Assembly: GCA_963749075.1 (NCBI GenBank)
Contig: CAVVLJ010000017.1
Coordinates: forward strand, 416,001-480,000
Reading direction: 5' to 3'
Length of the DNA: 64,000 nt
Source of the DNA: an uncultured Pseudomonadota bacterium
Lineage (GTDB): Bacteria; Pseudomonadota; Alphaproteobacteria; JACZXZ01
Made by a program: the position numbers and the translations under genes. Shown here piece after piece: positions 18,457 through 28,188 of the stretch. Position 1 is the first letter of the stretch. Each line of letters begins with the position of its first letter. The notes under the pieces were generated by a model. The model did not search any database, had not been told where the DNA came from, and saw nothing but the letters and a program-made list of their open reading frames with translations.

Positions 18457-19890
18457 TCAATCGCGACTCTCGTCGGTCGAATTGACGCCAAAGCCGGAGG
18501 TTAGGTTCGCGACGAGCGCGTCGCGCTGGAGCGCCGGCCATAACTGAGCAGGGTCATTGCAATGCTCTTGCGCGATCGTGAAGCAGGCGTCGACGGCCGC
18601 GGGGTGAAACCCCGAGCCCCGTCGGCTGGTCAATTCGGCGAGCGCAGCTTCGATCCTCCGGGCCGGGCGGTAGGGACGGTGCTCCGACATTGCCTCAAGC
18701 ACGTCCGCGACGGCGATGATCTGCGCTTCCTCGACGATCTCGTCGCCCTTCAATCCATGCGGATATCCCGAGCCGTCGAGACGCTCGTGATGCTGGCCCA
18801 CCATTGCGGCGATCGGCCAGGGAAGTACGATGCCCTCGAGGATGTCCTGCCCGGTCATGGCATGCGCTTGTATGACGGCGAACTCGGCCTTGCTCAAGGC
18901 CACGGGCTTGGTGAGAAGCTCCACGGGAACGGCAATCTTCCCCACGTCATGGACGAGGGCGCCGAGATACAGTCCCTCGAGCTTCTCTCGATCCAGTCCG
19001 AGCCGACGTCCGATCTCGAAGGACAGGTCGGCCACGTGGCGTTGATGTCCCGCGGTATACGCGTCCCGTTTCTCGATCGTCGCCGCAAGCGCGTGCACGG
19101 TTTGTACGAGAGCGCGATGCCGCTCCCTCCCCGCCTGCACCAGGATCGTCACGTCGGTCAAAATGCCCTCGACATAAGGGGCCTTCCCGTTATTGGAAAT
19201 GTGCAGAGTGGTCCGGTCGTCGATCCAGCGAACCTGCCCGCTCGCCGTCTTGACGCGGTACCGCTGGGTGAATGCTTGGGTGCCGCTCGCCACGCGCTGC
19301 TCGAGCTGGGCGATGACGCGCGGATAGTCCTCCGGCACCACGACATCCGCGAACCTGATCCGGCCCTCGGTGAAATCGAGGGGTCGATAGCCATAGCTTG
19401 CGACGTTGGGCGAGACGTATTCGATGGGAAAGTCGGGGGTGAGGTGCGCCCGATAGAGCACGCTGCCGCTGTTCTCGACGATCTGGTTGGCGATCGAGAG
19501 CTGGTCCTTGAGCCGCTCCCGCTCGGAGCGGTCGATGACGACGGCGGAGCTGCCGAGAAACCGGCCCGTCTCGTCGTGGATCGAGGACGGCAGCACGCTC
19601 ACATAGACGGAGCTGCCGTCCGGACGCAGCACCTCGAACTCGTACGATTTGCTGTCGCGCCCCTTGCGCCGAAGGAACGTCGCCTCGAATTGAGCGCCGG
19701 AAGACGGCGTCAGCAATTTGACGGCCGGCGTATCGAGAATGCTTTTTTCTGTGGTCGCGAGCAATTTGCACAACGTGGGGTTGGCCCAGCACACGATTCC
19801 ATTCTCGTCGACAACAATAACGCCGACGCGAAGGCGCGAAACCAGCTCCTCGATCGTCAACCCCAGGACACGACGGCGCAATGGGCTCAT
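18457..19890 (-). CDS. PAS-PAS-HD-GYP phosphodiesterase
   Basis: Two PAS domains; KRDAYTAGHQRHV, HDVGKIAVP, HHERLDGSGYPHGL, AVADVLEAMSEHRPYR. Confidence 0.93.
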   Translation of the reverse strand: MSPLRRRVLGLTIEELVSRLRVGVIVVDENGIVCWANPTLCKLLATTEKSILDTPAVKLLTPSSGAQFEATFLRRKGRDSKSYEFEVLRPDGSSVYVSVLPSSIHDETGRFLGSSAVVIDRSERERLKDQLSIANQIVENSGSVLYRAHLTPDFPIEYVSPNVASYGYRPLDFTEGRIRFADVVVPEDYPRVIAQLEQRVASGTQAFTQRYRVKTASGQVRWIDDRTTLHISNNGKAPYVEGILTDVTILVQAGRERHRALVQTVHALAATIEKRDAYTAGHQRHVADLSFEIGRRLGLDREKLEGLYLGALVHDVGKIAVPVELLTKPVALSKAEFAVIQAHAMTGQDILEGIVLPWPIAAMVGQHHERLDGSGYPHGLKGDEIVEEAQIIAVADVLEAMSEHRPYRPARRIEAALAELTSRRGSGFHPAAVDACFTIAQEHCNDPAQLWPALQRDALVANLTSGFGVNSTDESRD

Positions 19891-20437
19891 GAATGGCAGT
19901 ATATGCCTTATGAATGCGGCTGTATATACTCGGGTCTCTTCAATTTATAGGTAATCCCTTTTTGGCGCTACTCGGAGATGCCCTTGGGAAATCGCGGCGG
20001 TGGCAATTCGATGGAATTCCGGCGGCACCCCTCGCGGAGACGGCAGAGCGAAATTGCTACCTTTGCGAGCAGAGCGACAGGCGACCCGAGCAGCCCTGGG
20101 ACGCGCACCGGATTGGGTGGCATTCGGCCGGCTCGTCGAACAAGAGAGCGGGGAGCTTGTGTGCGCCGCAATACGCATCGCGAAGCAGCGCCGCGAAACG
20201 CGCCAATTTTGCCCGCACGGACGACTACGATGCGCTACGTATGCGAGAGTGTCTCAACATCGACGCGCGTCGGCAATATTCCGTAAATCGTGCCGAAATC
20301 GGGCCATTCGAGCGAAATCGCTCAGGCGTCGGGGCGATAAGACCGATTTTCCTCGCACGCTGATACCGGACAATTTTCACCCCCTGCCTCCGCGCGCAAG
20401 GTTTTGCCCGCCGTTTTCCGTGCTATAGGGGAGCAAA

Positions 20438-22123
20438 ATGGAGGCGAGCGTGGCAGAACAAGTCGACCCCATCACCATCTCGGTCATTCAGCACCGCCTG
20501 CTCGCCATCGTCGAGGAGATGGGCGAGGCGATGCTGCGCACCTCCTACTCGCAGATACTGAACTCCAGCCGCGACTTCTCGACCGGCATCTGCGATCTCG
20601 ACGGCAGGCTCATCGCGCAAGCGGAGCATGTGCCGATCCACGTCGGCGCACTCCCCTGGGCCGCGCGCTCCGTGCGCGACTTCTTCCGTGCGGACGTTCA
20701 TCCCGGCGACGTCTTCCTGCTCAACGATCCCTATCACGGCGGCAACCACCTCCCCGACCTCACCGCTTTCGTGCCGGTGTTCGACGGCGGGAAGCCGGTC
20801 TACTGGTCGATCAACCGGGCGCATCAGAGCGACATCGGCGGCGCCACCCACGGCGCCTACAATGCCGCCGCCACAGAGATCTGGCAGGAGGGCATCCGCA
20901 TCACGCCGCTCAAGCTCTACGAGCGCGGCGAGCTCCGCCGCGACGTCCTGGAGATGCTGGCGACCAACGTGCGCCATCCCCGCGACTTCCGCGGCGATCT
21001 CGCGGCCATGATCGGCTCGGCGCGGGTGGGCGAGCGGCGTCTCCTGGCGCTCGCCGGCGAATTCGGCTGGGCCACGACCTATGCCGCGATCGAGGCGGTG
21101 CTCGACAGCGCCGAGCGCCAGACGCGCGCCGTCATCGCGGAATGGAAGGACGGCGTCTACCAGGGCGAGGCCATCCTCGACGACGACGGCCATGGCTACC
21201 GCGACATCGCCATCCGCGCCACCGTCACCAAGCGCGGCAGCGGCCTCATCGTCGACCTCTCGGACTCGCATGAGCAGGTCGTGGGCTTCGTCAATTCGTC
21301 CTATCCCAACATGCGCTCGGCGGTGGCGGTGGCGCTCTCCTATCTCATCGACCCGCACACGCCGAAGAACGACGGCACCTTCCGGCCGCTCGAGGTGATC
21401 GCCAGGGAGGGCACCGTGGTGTGGGCGCGGGAGGGCGCGCCGGTGACGCTTGCCACCAATCACTGCGGCCAGGAGATCATCGAGGCGATCATCCGCGCCC
21501 TCGCCCCCGCCTGTCCCGAGCGTGCCATGGCGGGCTGGGGACGGCGCTTTCGCATCGCCATCCAGGGGCGCGACCCGCGCAACGGAAAGCCGTTCATCTG
21601 GCACATGTTCCAGGCGCGTCCGGGCGGCGGCGCCTCCAAGGCCGGCGACGGCTGGCCGGGGGCGGGCGAGTGGCAGGCCGCGGGCGGCATCAAGTTCGGC
21701 AGCCTCGAGGTGACCGAGGTGCGCTTTCCGCTCTTCTTCCGCAGCCACGAATTCCGCCCGGACTCGGGCGGCGAGGGCGAATATCGCGGCGGCCCCGGCT
21801 GCCTCCTCGAGATGGTGGTGGAGACCGCCGAGCCGGCGCTCGGCAACACGGCGGGCGACGGCGTGCGCCACGGCGCCTGCGGCATCTTGGGCGGCGCCGA
21901 CGGGCTGCCGCACCGCTACACCCTCCATTCCGCGGGCCTGCCGCCGCGGCCGATCAAGACCAAGGAGGTCGGCATCCCGATCCGCCCGCACGACGTGTTC
22001 GTCGTCGAGTCCGGCGGCGGCGGCGGCTGGGGCGATGCCAAGAAGCGCAGCGCAGCAGGGCGGGCGCATGATGTGGAGAGCGGCTTCGTGAGCGCGCCCG
22101 CGGCGGTCAAGGGCGGGAGCTGA
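20438..22123 (+). CDS. Hydantoinase B / 5-oxoprolinase family subunit
   Basis: VDPITISVI, LRTSYS, SRDFST, NDPYHGGNHLPD, HQSDIGG, WQEGIRI, DSGGEGEYRGG, GGGGGWG. Confidence 0.92.
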   Translation: MEASVAEQVDPITISVIQHRLLAIVEEMGEAMLRTSYSQILNSSRDFSTGICDLDGRLIAQAEHVPIHVGALPWAARSVRDFFRADVHPGDVFLLNDPYHGGNHLPDLTAFVPVFDGGKPVYWSINRAHQSDIGGATHGAYNAAATEIWQEGIRITPLKLYERGELRRDVLEMLATNVRHPRDFRGDLAAMIGSARVGERRLLALAGEFGWATTYAAIEAVLDSAERQTRAVIAEWKDGVYQGEAILDDDGHGYRDIAIRATVTKRGSGLIVDLSDSHEQVVGFVNSSYPNMRSAVAVALSYLIDPHTPKNDGTFRPLEVIAREGTVVWAREGAPVTLATNHCGQEIIEAIIRALAPACPERAMAGWGRRFRIAIQGRDPRNGKPFIWHMFQARPGGGASKAGDGWPGAGEWQAAGGIKFGSLEVTEVRFPLFFRSHEFRPDSGGEGEYRGGPGCLLEMVVETAEPALGNTAGDGVRHGACGILGGADGLPHRYTLHSAGLPPRPIKTKEVGIPIRPHDVFVVESGGGGGWGDAKKRSAAGRAHDVESGFVSAPAAVKGGS

Positions 22124-22126
22124 GCC

Positions 22127-24184
22127 ATGTACCGCATCGGCATCGATGTGGGCGGCACCTTCACCGATCTTGTCGCCGTCGACCCCTCGGGCGTGGCTGT
22201 CCTCGCCAAGACGGAATCGACGCCGCACGATCCCTCGCTCGGCGTGATGGCGGGGCTGGAGCGTCTCGCCGAGGCGCTGCGGCTGCCGCCCGGGGAGCTG
22301 CTCGCGCAAACCGAGCGCATCGTCCACGGCACCACGGTCGCCACCAACGCGCTTCTCGAGAAGAAGGGGGCAAAGGTCGGGCTGCTGACGACCGAGGGCC
22401 ATCGCGACGTCCTCGAGATGCGCGAGGGCCTGAAGGACGACCGCTACAACCTGCGCATGCCGCCGCCGGAGCCGCTGGTGCCGCGCCATCGCCGCCTCGG
22501 CGTGCGCGAGCGCCTGCGCGCCTGTGGCCGGGTCGAGACGCCGCTCGACAAGCCCTCGCTCGAGCGCGCCATAGCCCTGCTCAAACGCGACGAGGTGGAC
22601 TCGGTCGCTGTCTGCTATCTCCACGCCTATCGCGATCCGCGCCACGAGCGTGCGACGGCCGCAGCACTCGCCGCGGCCTTGCCGGGCGCCTACGTCTCGC
22701 TCTCCTCCGACATCTTCCCCCAGATCAAGGAGTTCGAGCGGGTCTCGACGGCGGTGGTGAACGCCTATGTGGGGCCCACGCTGTCGCGCTATCTCGGCAG
22801 ACTCGCCGAGCGTCTCATTGCGGCCGGCTACGGCGGACCGCTCCTCATCATCCAGTCCCACGGCGGCGTGGCGCCGGTTGCCGAGGCGGCGCGGCTGGCT
22901 GCGGGCGGCGTGCTCTCGGGACCCGCGGGCGGCGTCGCCGGCAGCCGCTACTCGGCACGCCTCCTCGGCACGGGCAATCTCATTCCCTTCGACATGGGCG
23001 GCACCAGCACGGACATCTGCCTCATCATCGACGGCGAGCCGTCGCTTGCCTCAGGTCGCAAGGTTGGCGGCCATCGCGTGGCGCTGAACAGCCTCGACAT
23101 CGTGACGCTCGGTGCGGGCGGCGGCTCGATCGGCCGCGTCGACGCGGGCGGCATCCTGCACGTGGGGCCGGAGAGTGCCGGCGCCGATCCCGGACCCGCC
23201 TGCTACGGCAAGGGCGGCGGTGCTGCCACGGTGACCGACGCCAATCTCGTGCTCGGCTACCTCGACGCGCGGCATTTCCTCGGCGGGCGCAGCATTCTCG
23301 ACGGCAAGGCCGCCGAGGCGGCGCTCGACCGCCTGGCGCGGGAGCTCGGCGTCGAGCGCATCGCCGCGGCCGAGGGCGTCCACCGCGTGGTCAACACCAA
23401 CATGGCGGAGGGCATCCGCGTCGTGTCGGTGAGGCGCGGCGTCGATCCCCGGCGCTTTGCGCTCCTCTCCTTCGGCGGTGCCGCCGGATTGCACGTCACC
23501 GACGTGGCGCGGCAGCTCGACCTCGGCCGCGTCGTGGTGCCGCGGGTCGCCGCGGTGCTCTCGGCCTGGGGCATGCTCGCGACCGATCTCCGCTTCGAGG
23601 TTACGCGCACCCATATCGGCGATGCCGGCCGCCTCGACGGTGCGGCGATCAAGCGGCTCTTCGCGGAGCTGGAGCAGGAGGCCACCCACCGCCTCAGCGC
23701 CTCCTTCTCCGGCCCCGTGCGCGTGCAGCGCTCCGTCGACATGCGCTACGGCGAGCAGATCTTCGAGATCAACGTCGGCCTCGACGAGGTGGACTGGAGC
23801 GCCGCCGATCCGCTGCCGCAGATCGTCGAGCGCTTCCACCGCCGCCACGAGGAACTCTATACCTACGCCATGCGCGAGCAGGAGGCGGTGCTGGTCAACG
23901 CGCGGGCGGTGGCGGTGGGGGTGCTGCCGGACCTGCCGCAGGAGCCGAGCCTCGCGGCGCGCGCTGCGGCGGCGCCTCGCGGCGAGCGTCGCATCTATCT
24001 CGGCGGCTGGCGCACGGTGCCGGTCTACGACTTCGACGCGTTGGCCCCGGGCCAGGCGATTGCCGGCCCCGCGATCGTCGAATCCGCCATGACGACGGTG
24101 CTGCTGCGCCCCGGCAACTCGGCGCGCGTGACGCCCCACGGCTGGCTCGACATCGCCGTGCCGGTGCGCGCCGCGTCCGCATGA
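22127..24184 (+). CDS. Hydantoinase A / 5-oxoprolinase family subunit
   Basis: IGIDVGGTFTD, HGTTVATNALLE, LSGPAGGV, FDMGGTSTD, GAGGGSI, SAGADPGPACYG, TVTDANLVLG. Confidence 0.93.
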   Translation: MYRIGIDVGGTFTDLVAVDPSGVAVLAKTESTPHDPSLGVMAGLERLAEALRLPPGELLAQTERIVHGTTVATNALLEKKGAKVGLLTTEGHRDVLEMREGLKDDRYNLRMPPPEPLVPRHRRLGVRERLRACGRVETPLDKPSLERAIALLKRDEVDSVAVCYLHAYRDPRHERATAAALAAALPGAYVSLSSDIFPQIKEFERVSTAVVNAYVGPTLSRYLGRLAERLIAAGYGGPLLIIQSHGGVAPVAEAARLAAGGVLSGPAGGVAGSRYSARLLGTGNLIPFDMGGTSTDICLIIDGEPSLASGRKVGGHRVALNSLDIVTLGAGGGSIGRVDAGGILHVGPESAGADPGPACYGKGGGAATVTDANLVLGYLDARHFLGGRSILDGKAAEAALDRLARELGVERIAAAEGVHRVVNTNMAEGIRVVSVRRGVDPRRFALLSFGGAAGLHVTDVARQLDLGRVVVPRVAAVLSAWGMLATDLRFEVTRTHIGDAGRLDGAAIKRLFAELEQEATHRLSASFSGPVRVQRSVDMRYGEQIFEINVGLDEVDWSAADPLPQIVERFHRRHEELYTYAMREQEAVLVNARAVAVGVLPDLPQEPSLAARAAAAPRGERRIYLGGWRTVPVYDFDALAPGQAIAGPAIVESAMTTVLLRPGNSARVTPHGWLDIAVPVRAASA

Positions 24185-24352
24185 GACGCACGAGCGGGCG
24201 GGGGCGGATCAAGCGCGGCAAGCGGAATCGTCTTGACCTCTGAGATGACCGTACAGTCCCTCGTCAAGCGCATGCGTACCGAAGCCCCTGGTGCACGGAG
24301 GCTCGCGCGATGCTGGTGCCGCCTCGGGACGAAACCGGTGGGGTCCCCTTCA

Positions 24353-24378
24353 GTTCGATTCCGGCTTTGGAATCGAAC
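24353..24378. terminator. Perfect 10-bp stem hairpin between convergent genes (possible terminator)
   Basis: GTTCGATTCC-GGCTTT-GGAATCGAAC; no clear U-tract. Confidence 0.4.
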
Positions 24379-24402
24379 GCGGGCCGTGCCCAATTCACGC
24401 GC

Positions 24403-24828
24403 TCACCGGCGTACCGCCCCGCTCCGTCCCCGCTCGCATAGCTCCAGGAACTTGGCTTTCGCCTGGGCGAAGAGGCCGGGCGGGATGAAGCCGTAGCTGA
24501 AGACACCGGGTCGGCCCGGCACCGGCGCCAAGCCGCCGTTTGGCCACTCGTCAACGTTGTGCTCCGAGACAATGACCCGGCTCGGCGCTTCGCCCAGGCC
24601 CAGCGCCTTTCGGAGCTTCGCCGGAATCTCCACCCCAACCGTATCGCCGTCCGGCCGGGTGTGCGTGATTGGAAGGATGACGACGAAGCGCGGCACCGCG
24701 GCGGAGTCCATGGCGGCGACCAGACAGGCAGGGCGCTCCTTCCCCTGGTCGCGGCCAACGGCAGCTTCCCGGGTCCAGAGATAGCCGTAACGGATGACCA
24801 GACCGGGACTGGGCTCCGGCAGAGGCAC
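24403..24828 (-). CDS. PemK/MazF-like toxin
   Basis: PEPSPGLVIRYGYLW, GKERPACLV, VILPITH, VEIPAKLRKALGL, YGFIPPGLF. Confidence 0.75.
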   Translation of the reverse strand: MPLPEPSPGLVIRYGYLWTREAAVGRDQGKERPACLVAAMDSAAVPRFVVILPITHTRPDGDTVGVEIPAKLRKALGLGEAPSRVIVSEHNVDEWPNGGLAPVPGRPGVFSYGFIPPGLFAQAKAKFLELCERGRSGAVRR

Positions 24829-24838
24829 GGCGGGCGTC

Positions 24839-25093
24839 TCACTTCAGCAGGTCGTCGAGGCTCGCATGCTCCGGGTCCATCTCCGCGCGCCGCACCGCAT
24901 CTGGAACGACCGAGGCGGCATCGGCCGTCCTGTGCGTCCGCCGTGCGGCAGCCACGAGCCAGTCGTAGTGGTCCGCGGACATCAGTACCAGTTCGCGCCG
25001 TCCATGTCGGGTGATCTCCACCGGCTCGCGCTGGGCCCGATGCTGGAACTCTCCGAACTTGCGCTGAAACTCCACAGCGGTCGTTTGAGCCAT
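24839..25093 (-). CDS. Phd/YefM (prevent-host-death) antitoxin
   Basis: TTAVEFQRKFGEFQHRAQREPVEITRHGRRELVLMSADHY; GAGGAGG RBS; directly upstream of the toxin. Confidence 0.85.
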   Translation of the reverse strand: MAQTTAVEFQRKFGEFQHRAQREPVEITRHGRRELVLMSADHYDWLVAAARRTHRTADAASVVPDAVRRAEMDPEHASLDDLLK

Positions 25094-25483
25094 GGCCTCC
25101 TCAATGGTATAACTCCAGACTATCTGGATTGTCTGTGTTAAATCCAAACGATCCGAGCGTGTCGAGCGCCGGTTCACGGCCGCTCCTTGTAAATATTTCG
25201 GGACGATCCTTCGGCGGAGCGAGCCTCAGCCCCGAGGCTGCCCGCTAAGCATTTGAAATAGCGCATGTATTTTGCTCGATGGAGGACCGCTCGGCCATGC
25301 CCTGCCCGGCCGAGGAAAGTGATCGCGGGGAAGTGCACTACGGAGAATGCGTATCGCACCCAGGCGTTGAAAAAGGCTTGACTGCCGCGGCGCCGGGACG
25401 GTGCCGGTCCCTAGGGGAGAAGGAAGGGCGGACGCTCCGGGCCGCCGTCTCCCCCTGACGAAGAGAATCCCGCGCACGCCGCG

Positions 25484-25724
25484 ATGGCCGAACCACCCCT
25501 CGAGATCCCCGACTATGTCGAGATGGTTGCCATCGATGGTGCCGTCCTTCAACGCCTTCGCGACAGGCAGAGGCGCCCATTCGCCCATTGCTATCGGCCC
25601 GTCTCGGCTGGGACGAGACGTTCCCGCACTATCGGCGTCCGCTCGGCATCGACTGGCTCACGGCCCTCACGAAAGCGGCCCTCGCGGCACTTGCGCGGCC
25701 GAGAAAGAAGCCGCGCCGGCGTGA
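25484..25724 (+). pseudogene. Small, multiply frameshifted hypothetical gene
   Basis: Coding-like segments in successive frames: MAEPPLEIPDYVEMVAIDGAV / FNAFATGRGAHSP / LLSARLGWDETFPHYRRPLGIDWLTAL / AEKEAAPA*. Confidence 0.3.
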
Positions 25725-25785
25725 ACTACTCAGGGTCACCCTCGCCCATTGCCTCGACGAAGGAATCCGGCTAATCCGTAGCGGG

Positions 25786-27018
25786 ATGGGCGAGCCGCGG
25801 TCATGCCGTTTGTGCCAGGGGCGCGATCTCTCCGAGGCGCTGTCGCTCGAGCGCATGCCGGTTTCCCACCATCTGCGGCGCCACGCGAGCGAGCCCGATC
25901 CGCGCTTCTCACTCCGCTTCGAGATATGCGGGAGCTGCGGGCTCGTCCAGATCGTCGACGCCGTGCCGGCGGCGCTCCTCTACAGGGGCGCGGACACCTA
26001 CACCACGGGCTTCCAGAAACCCCGCCATCTCGATGACCTGATCGCCACCGCGATCGCCTGCGATGATCCCGGCCGCGTGCTCGACGTCGGCTGCAACGAC
26101 GGCCTGCTCATGGCGGCGCTCGCGCGGCACGGCTACGGCTTCGTGGCCGGGGTCGAACCGAACTGTGCCGCGGCGGCGCTCGCGGCCAAGGCGGGGCACG
26201 TGGTCTATCGCGATTTCCTCTCGCCGGCCCTGGCCGAACGCATCGTCGCCGCGCACGGCCTATTCGACGCCCTCTATCTCCGCCATGTCGCCGAGCATGT
26301 CGCCGAGCTCGCGGGCTTCTTCGCGGCCCTGCGCCGGCTGCTGCGCGAGGGCGGGCTGCTGGTCATGGAGCTGCCCGAGGTCGAGGCCGGCTTCGCGCGC
26401 GGCAATCCCGCCATCCTCTGGGAGGAGCACGTCAGCTATTTCACCGAGCCCTTGGCCGCCTATCTTCTCGAGCTGTACGGCTTCCGCGTGCTCGAGCGGC
26501 GCCGCTATGCCTTCGGCGGCGGCTCCATCGCTTTCGTCGCCCGCAAGCAAGCACCGCCGACGCCGGTCCCGCCGCCGCCCCGCCCGGCGCCGGCGATCCG
26601 CCTCGCCCGCCGCTTCGTGGCGGGCGTCGAGCGCTATCGGTTGGCACTTCGCGGCGCCGTGAGTGCGGCGCATGCGGCCGGCTATAAGATCGCAATATAC
26701 GGCGCGGCACCTCGCTCATCGGTGGTGGCCAGCGTCTGCGAAATCGGCGGCGCGCTCGATCTCGTGATCGACGATCGGAGCGACCTCCAGGGCCGCTTGA
26801 TGCCCGGGACCGATCGGCCGATCCGCTCGCTCGCCGAAGCGGCCGGCGAGATCGACGGGCCGCTCCTCTGCCTTCTCGGGGTGGGTGCCGAGAACGAGTT
26901 CAAGGTGCGCGCCCGGATGGCTGCCCATTTGCCCGCACCGCCGCTCTGCATTAGCCTTTTCCCGCCGCGTGATACACTTTCCTCGGCCGCGGCGGCGTTG
27001 GCGGTCATCGCCGCCTAG
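25786..27018 (+). CDS. NDP-sugar C-methyltransferase-like, Zn-binding class I SAM methyltransferase
   Basis: N-terminal CRLC...CGSCGLVQ zinc motif, VLDVGCNDG, HVAEHV, WEEHVSYFT, C-terminal IAIYGAAPRS and QGRLMPGT. Confidence 0.85.
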   Translation: MGEPRSCRLCQGRDLSEALSLERMPVSHHLRRHASEPDPRFSLRFEICGSCGLVQIVDAVPAALLYRGADTYTTGFQKPRHLDDLIATAIACDDPGRVLDVGCNDGLLMAALARHGYGFVAGVEPNCAAAALAAKAGHVVYRDFLSPALAERIVAAHGLFDALYLRHVAEHVAELAGFFAALRRLLREGGLLVMELPEVEAGFARGNPAILWEEHVSYFTEPLAAYLLELYGFRVLERRRYAFGGGSIAFVARKQAPPTPVPPPPRPAPAIRLARRFVAGVERYRLALRGAVSAAHAAGYKIAIYGAAPRSSVVASVCEIGGALDLVIDDRSDLQGRLMPGTDRPIRSLAEAAGEIDGPLLCLLGVGAENEFKVRARMAAHLPAPPLCISLFPPRDTLSSAAAALAVIAA

Positions 27019-27044
27019 GCCAGGCCTTTGGGGAAAGAGCCGAG

Positions 27045-28187
27045 ATGGCGCGCATCGATCTCCCGCTCCAGCCGAACGGCTGCAAGGTGCAGTGGTCTTA
27101 TCTGCCCAAGCAGTTCGGCAAGGCGAGCATCGAGGCTATCCTCGAGCGCTTGCGCGACTTCGTGCCGACCGGCGATTTCACGCTCGGCAAGCCGGTGCGC
27201 GAGTTCGAGGAGCGTTTCGCCAAGCTGATCGGCGCGCGCTATGCGATCGGAGTCAATTCGGGGACCGATGCCCTGAAGCTTTCGCTCAAGGCGCTCGGCG
27301 TCGGGCCGGGCGACGAGGTCATCACCGCCGCGAACACCTTCGTCGCGACGGCGGGTGCCATCGCGGAGACCTATGCCCGTCCGGTCTTCGTCGATTGCAC
27401 CGATAATTTCTGCCTGGACGTGGGGCGAGTCGAGGCGGCGATCACGGAGCGCACCAAGGCTCTCATGCCGGTCCACCTGGCCGGCCAGATGACCGACATG
27501 CCTGCCTTGCTCAAGATCGCCGAAAAGCACGGCTTGCCGATCGTCGAGGACAGCTGCCAATGCATCCTCGGCGCGATCGGCGGCAAGCATGCCGGCACCT
27601 ATGGACGGACCGGCGGCTTCTCATTGCATCCGCTCAAGAACCTCAACGTCTGGGGCGACGGCGGCATGATCGTGACCAGCGACGGCGAGCTCGACGCAAA
27701 GCTGCGCATGCTGCGCAACCACGGGCTCGCGGGCCGCGACCGCATGGCGATGCTCGGCTGCAACTCGCGCCTGGATTCGCTCCAGGCGGCGGTCGGCAAC
27801 TGGCTGATCGAGCAGGTCGACTTCATCACCTCGGCCCGCATCGGGAACGCCGCCTACCTCGATCGCGGGCTCGGCGCGATCCCCCAGCTCCGGCTCCCGC
27901 AACGCTTTGCCGACCGCAGGCTGGTCTTCCACCTCTATATCGTCTTCGCCGAGCGGCGCGACGAGCTGGCGGCGTTCTGCAGGCGCCACGGCATCGAGGT
28001 CAGGATCCACTATCCGGTGCCCCTCTATCTGCAGGACGGCGTCAAGCATCTCGGCTACAAAAAAGGCGACTTTCCCGTCACGGACCGGCACGCCGCGACG
28101 ATGCTTTCCTTCCCGGCGCATGAGCATCTCACCGAGCAGCAGCTCGCCTATATCGTCGAGACCGTGTCCGAGTTCTACGAGGGCTAG
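27045..28187 (+). CDS. DegT/DnrJ/EryC1/StrS sugar aminotransferase 1
   Basis: VNSGTDAL, GDEVITAANTFVAT, MPVHLAGQ, IVEDSCQ, FSLHPLKNL, NSRLDSLQAA. Confidence 0.93.
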   Translation: MARIDLPLQPNGCKVQWSYLPKQFGKASIEAILERLRDFVPTGDFTLGKPVREFEERFAKLIGARYAIGVNSGTDALKLSLKALGVGPGDEVITAANTFVATAGAIAETYARPVFVDCTDNFCLDVGRVEAAITERTKALMPVHLAGQMTDMPALLKIAEKHGLPIVEDSCQCILGAIGGKHAGTYGRTGGFSLHPLKNLNVWGDGGMIVTSDGELDAKLRMLRNHGLAGRDRMAMLGCNSRLDSLQAAVGNWLIEQVDFITSARIGNAAYLDRGLGAIPQLRLPQRFADRRLVFHLYIVFAERRDELAAFCRRHGIEVRIHYPVPLYLQDGVKHLGYKKGDFPVTDRHAATMLSFPAHEHLTEQQLAYIVETVSEFYEG

Positions 28188-28188
28188 C

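Noticed and set aside
6169-24184. A purine/nucleoside catabolic cluster (NupC, ureidoglycolate lyase-like, hydantoinase A/B)
   Set aside because: The genes are scattered over 18 kb, on different strands and separated by unrelated genes; nothing shows they are linked.
24353-24378. tRNA fragment or attachment site suggested by GTTCGATTCC
   Set aside because: No cloverleaf or acceptor stem; the 10-mer is one arm of a simple hairpin and no integrase is nearby.
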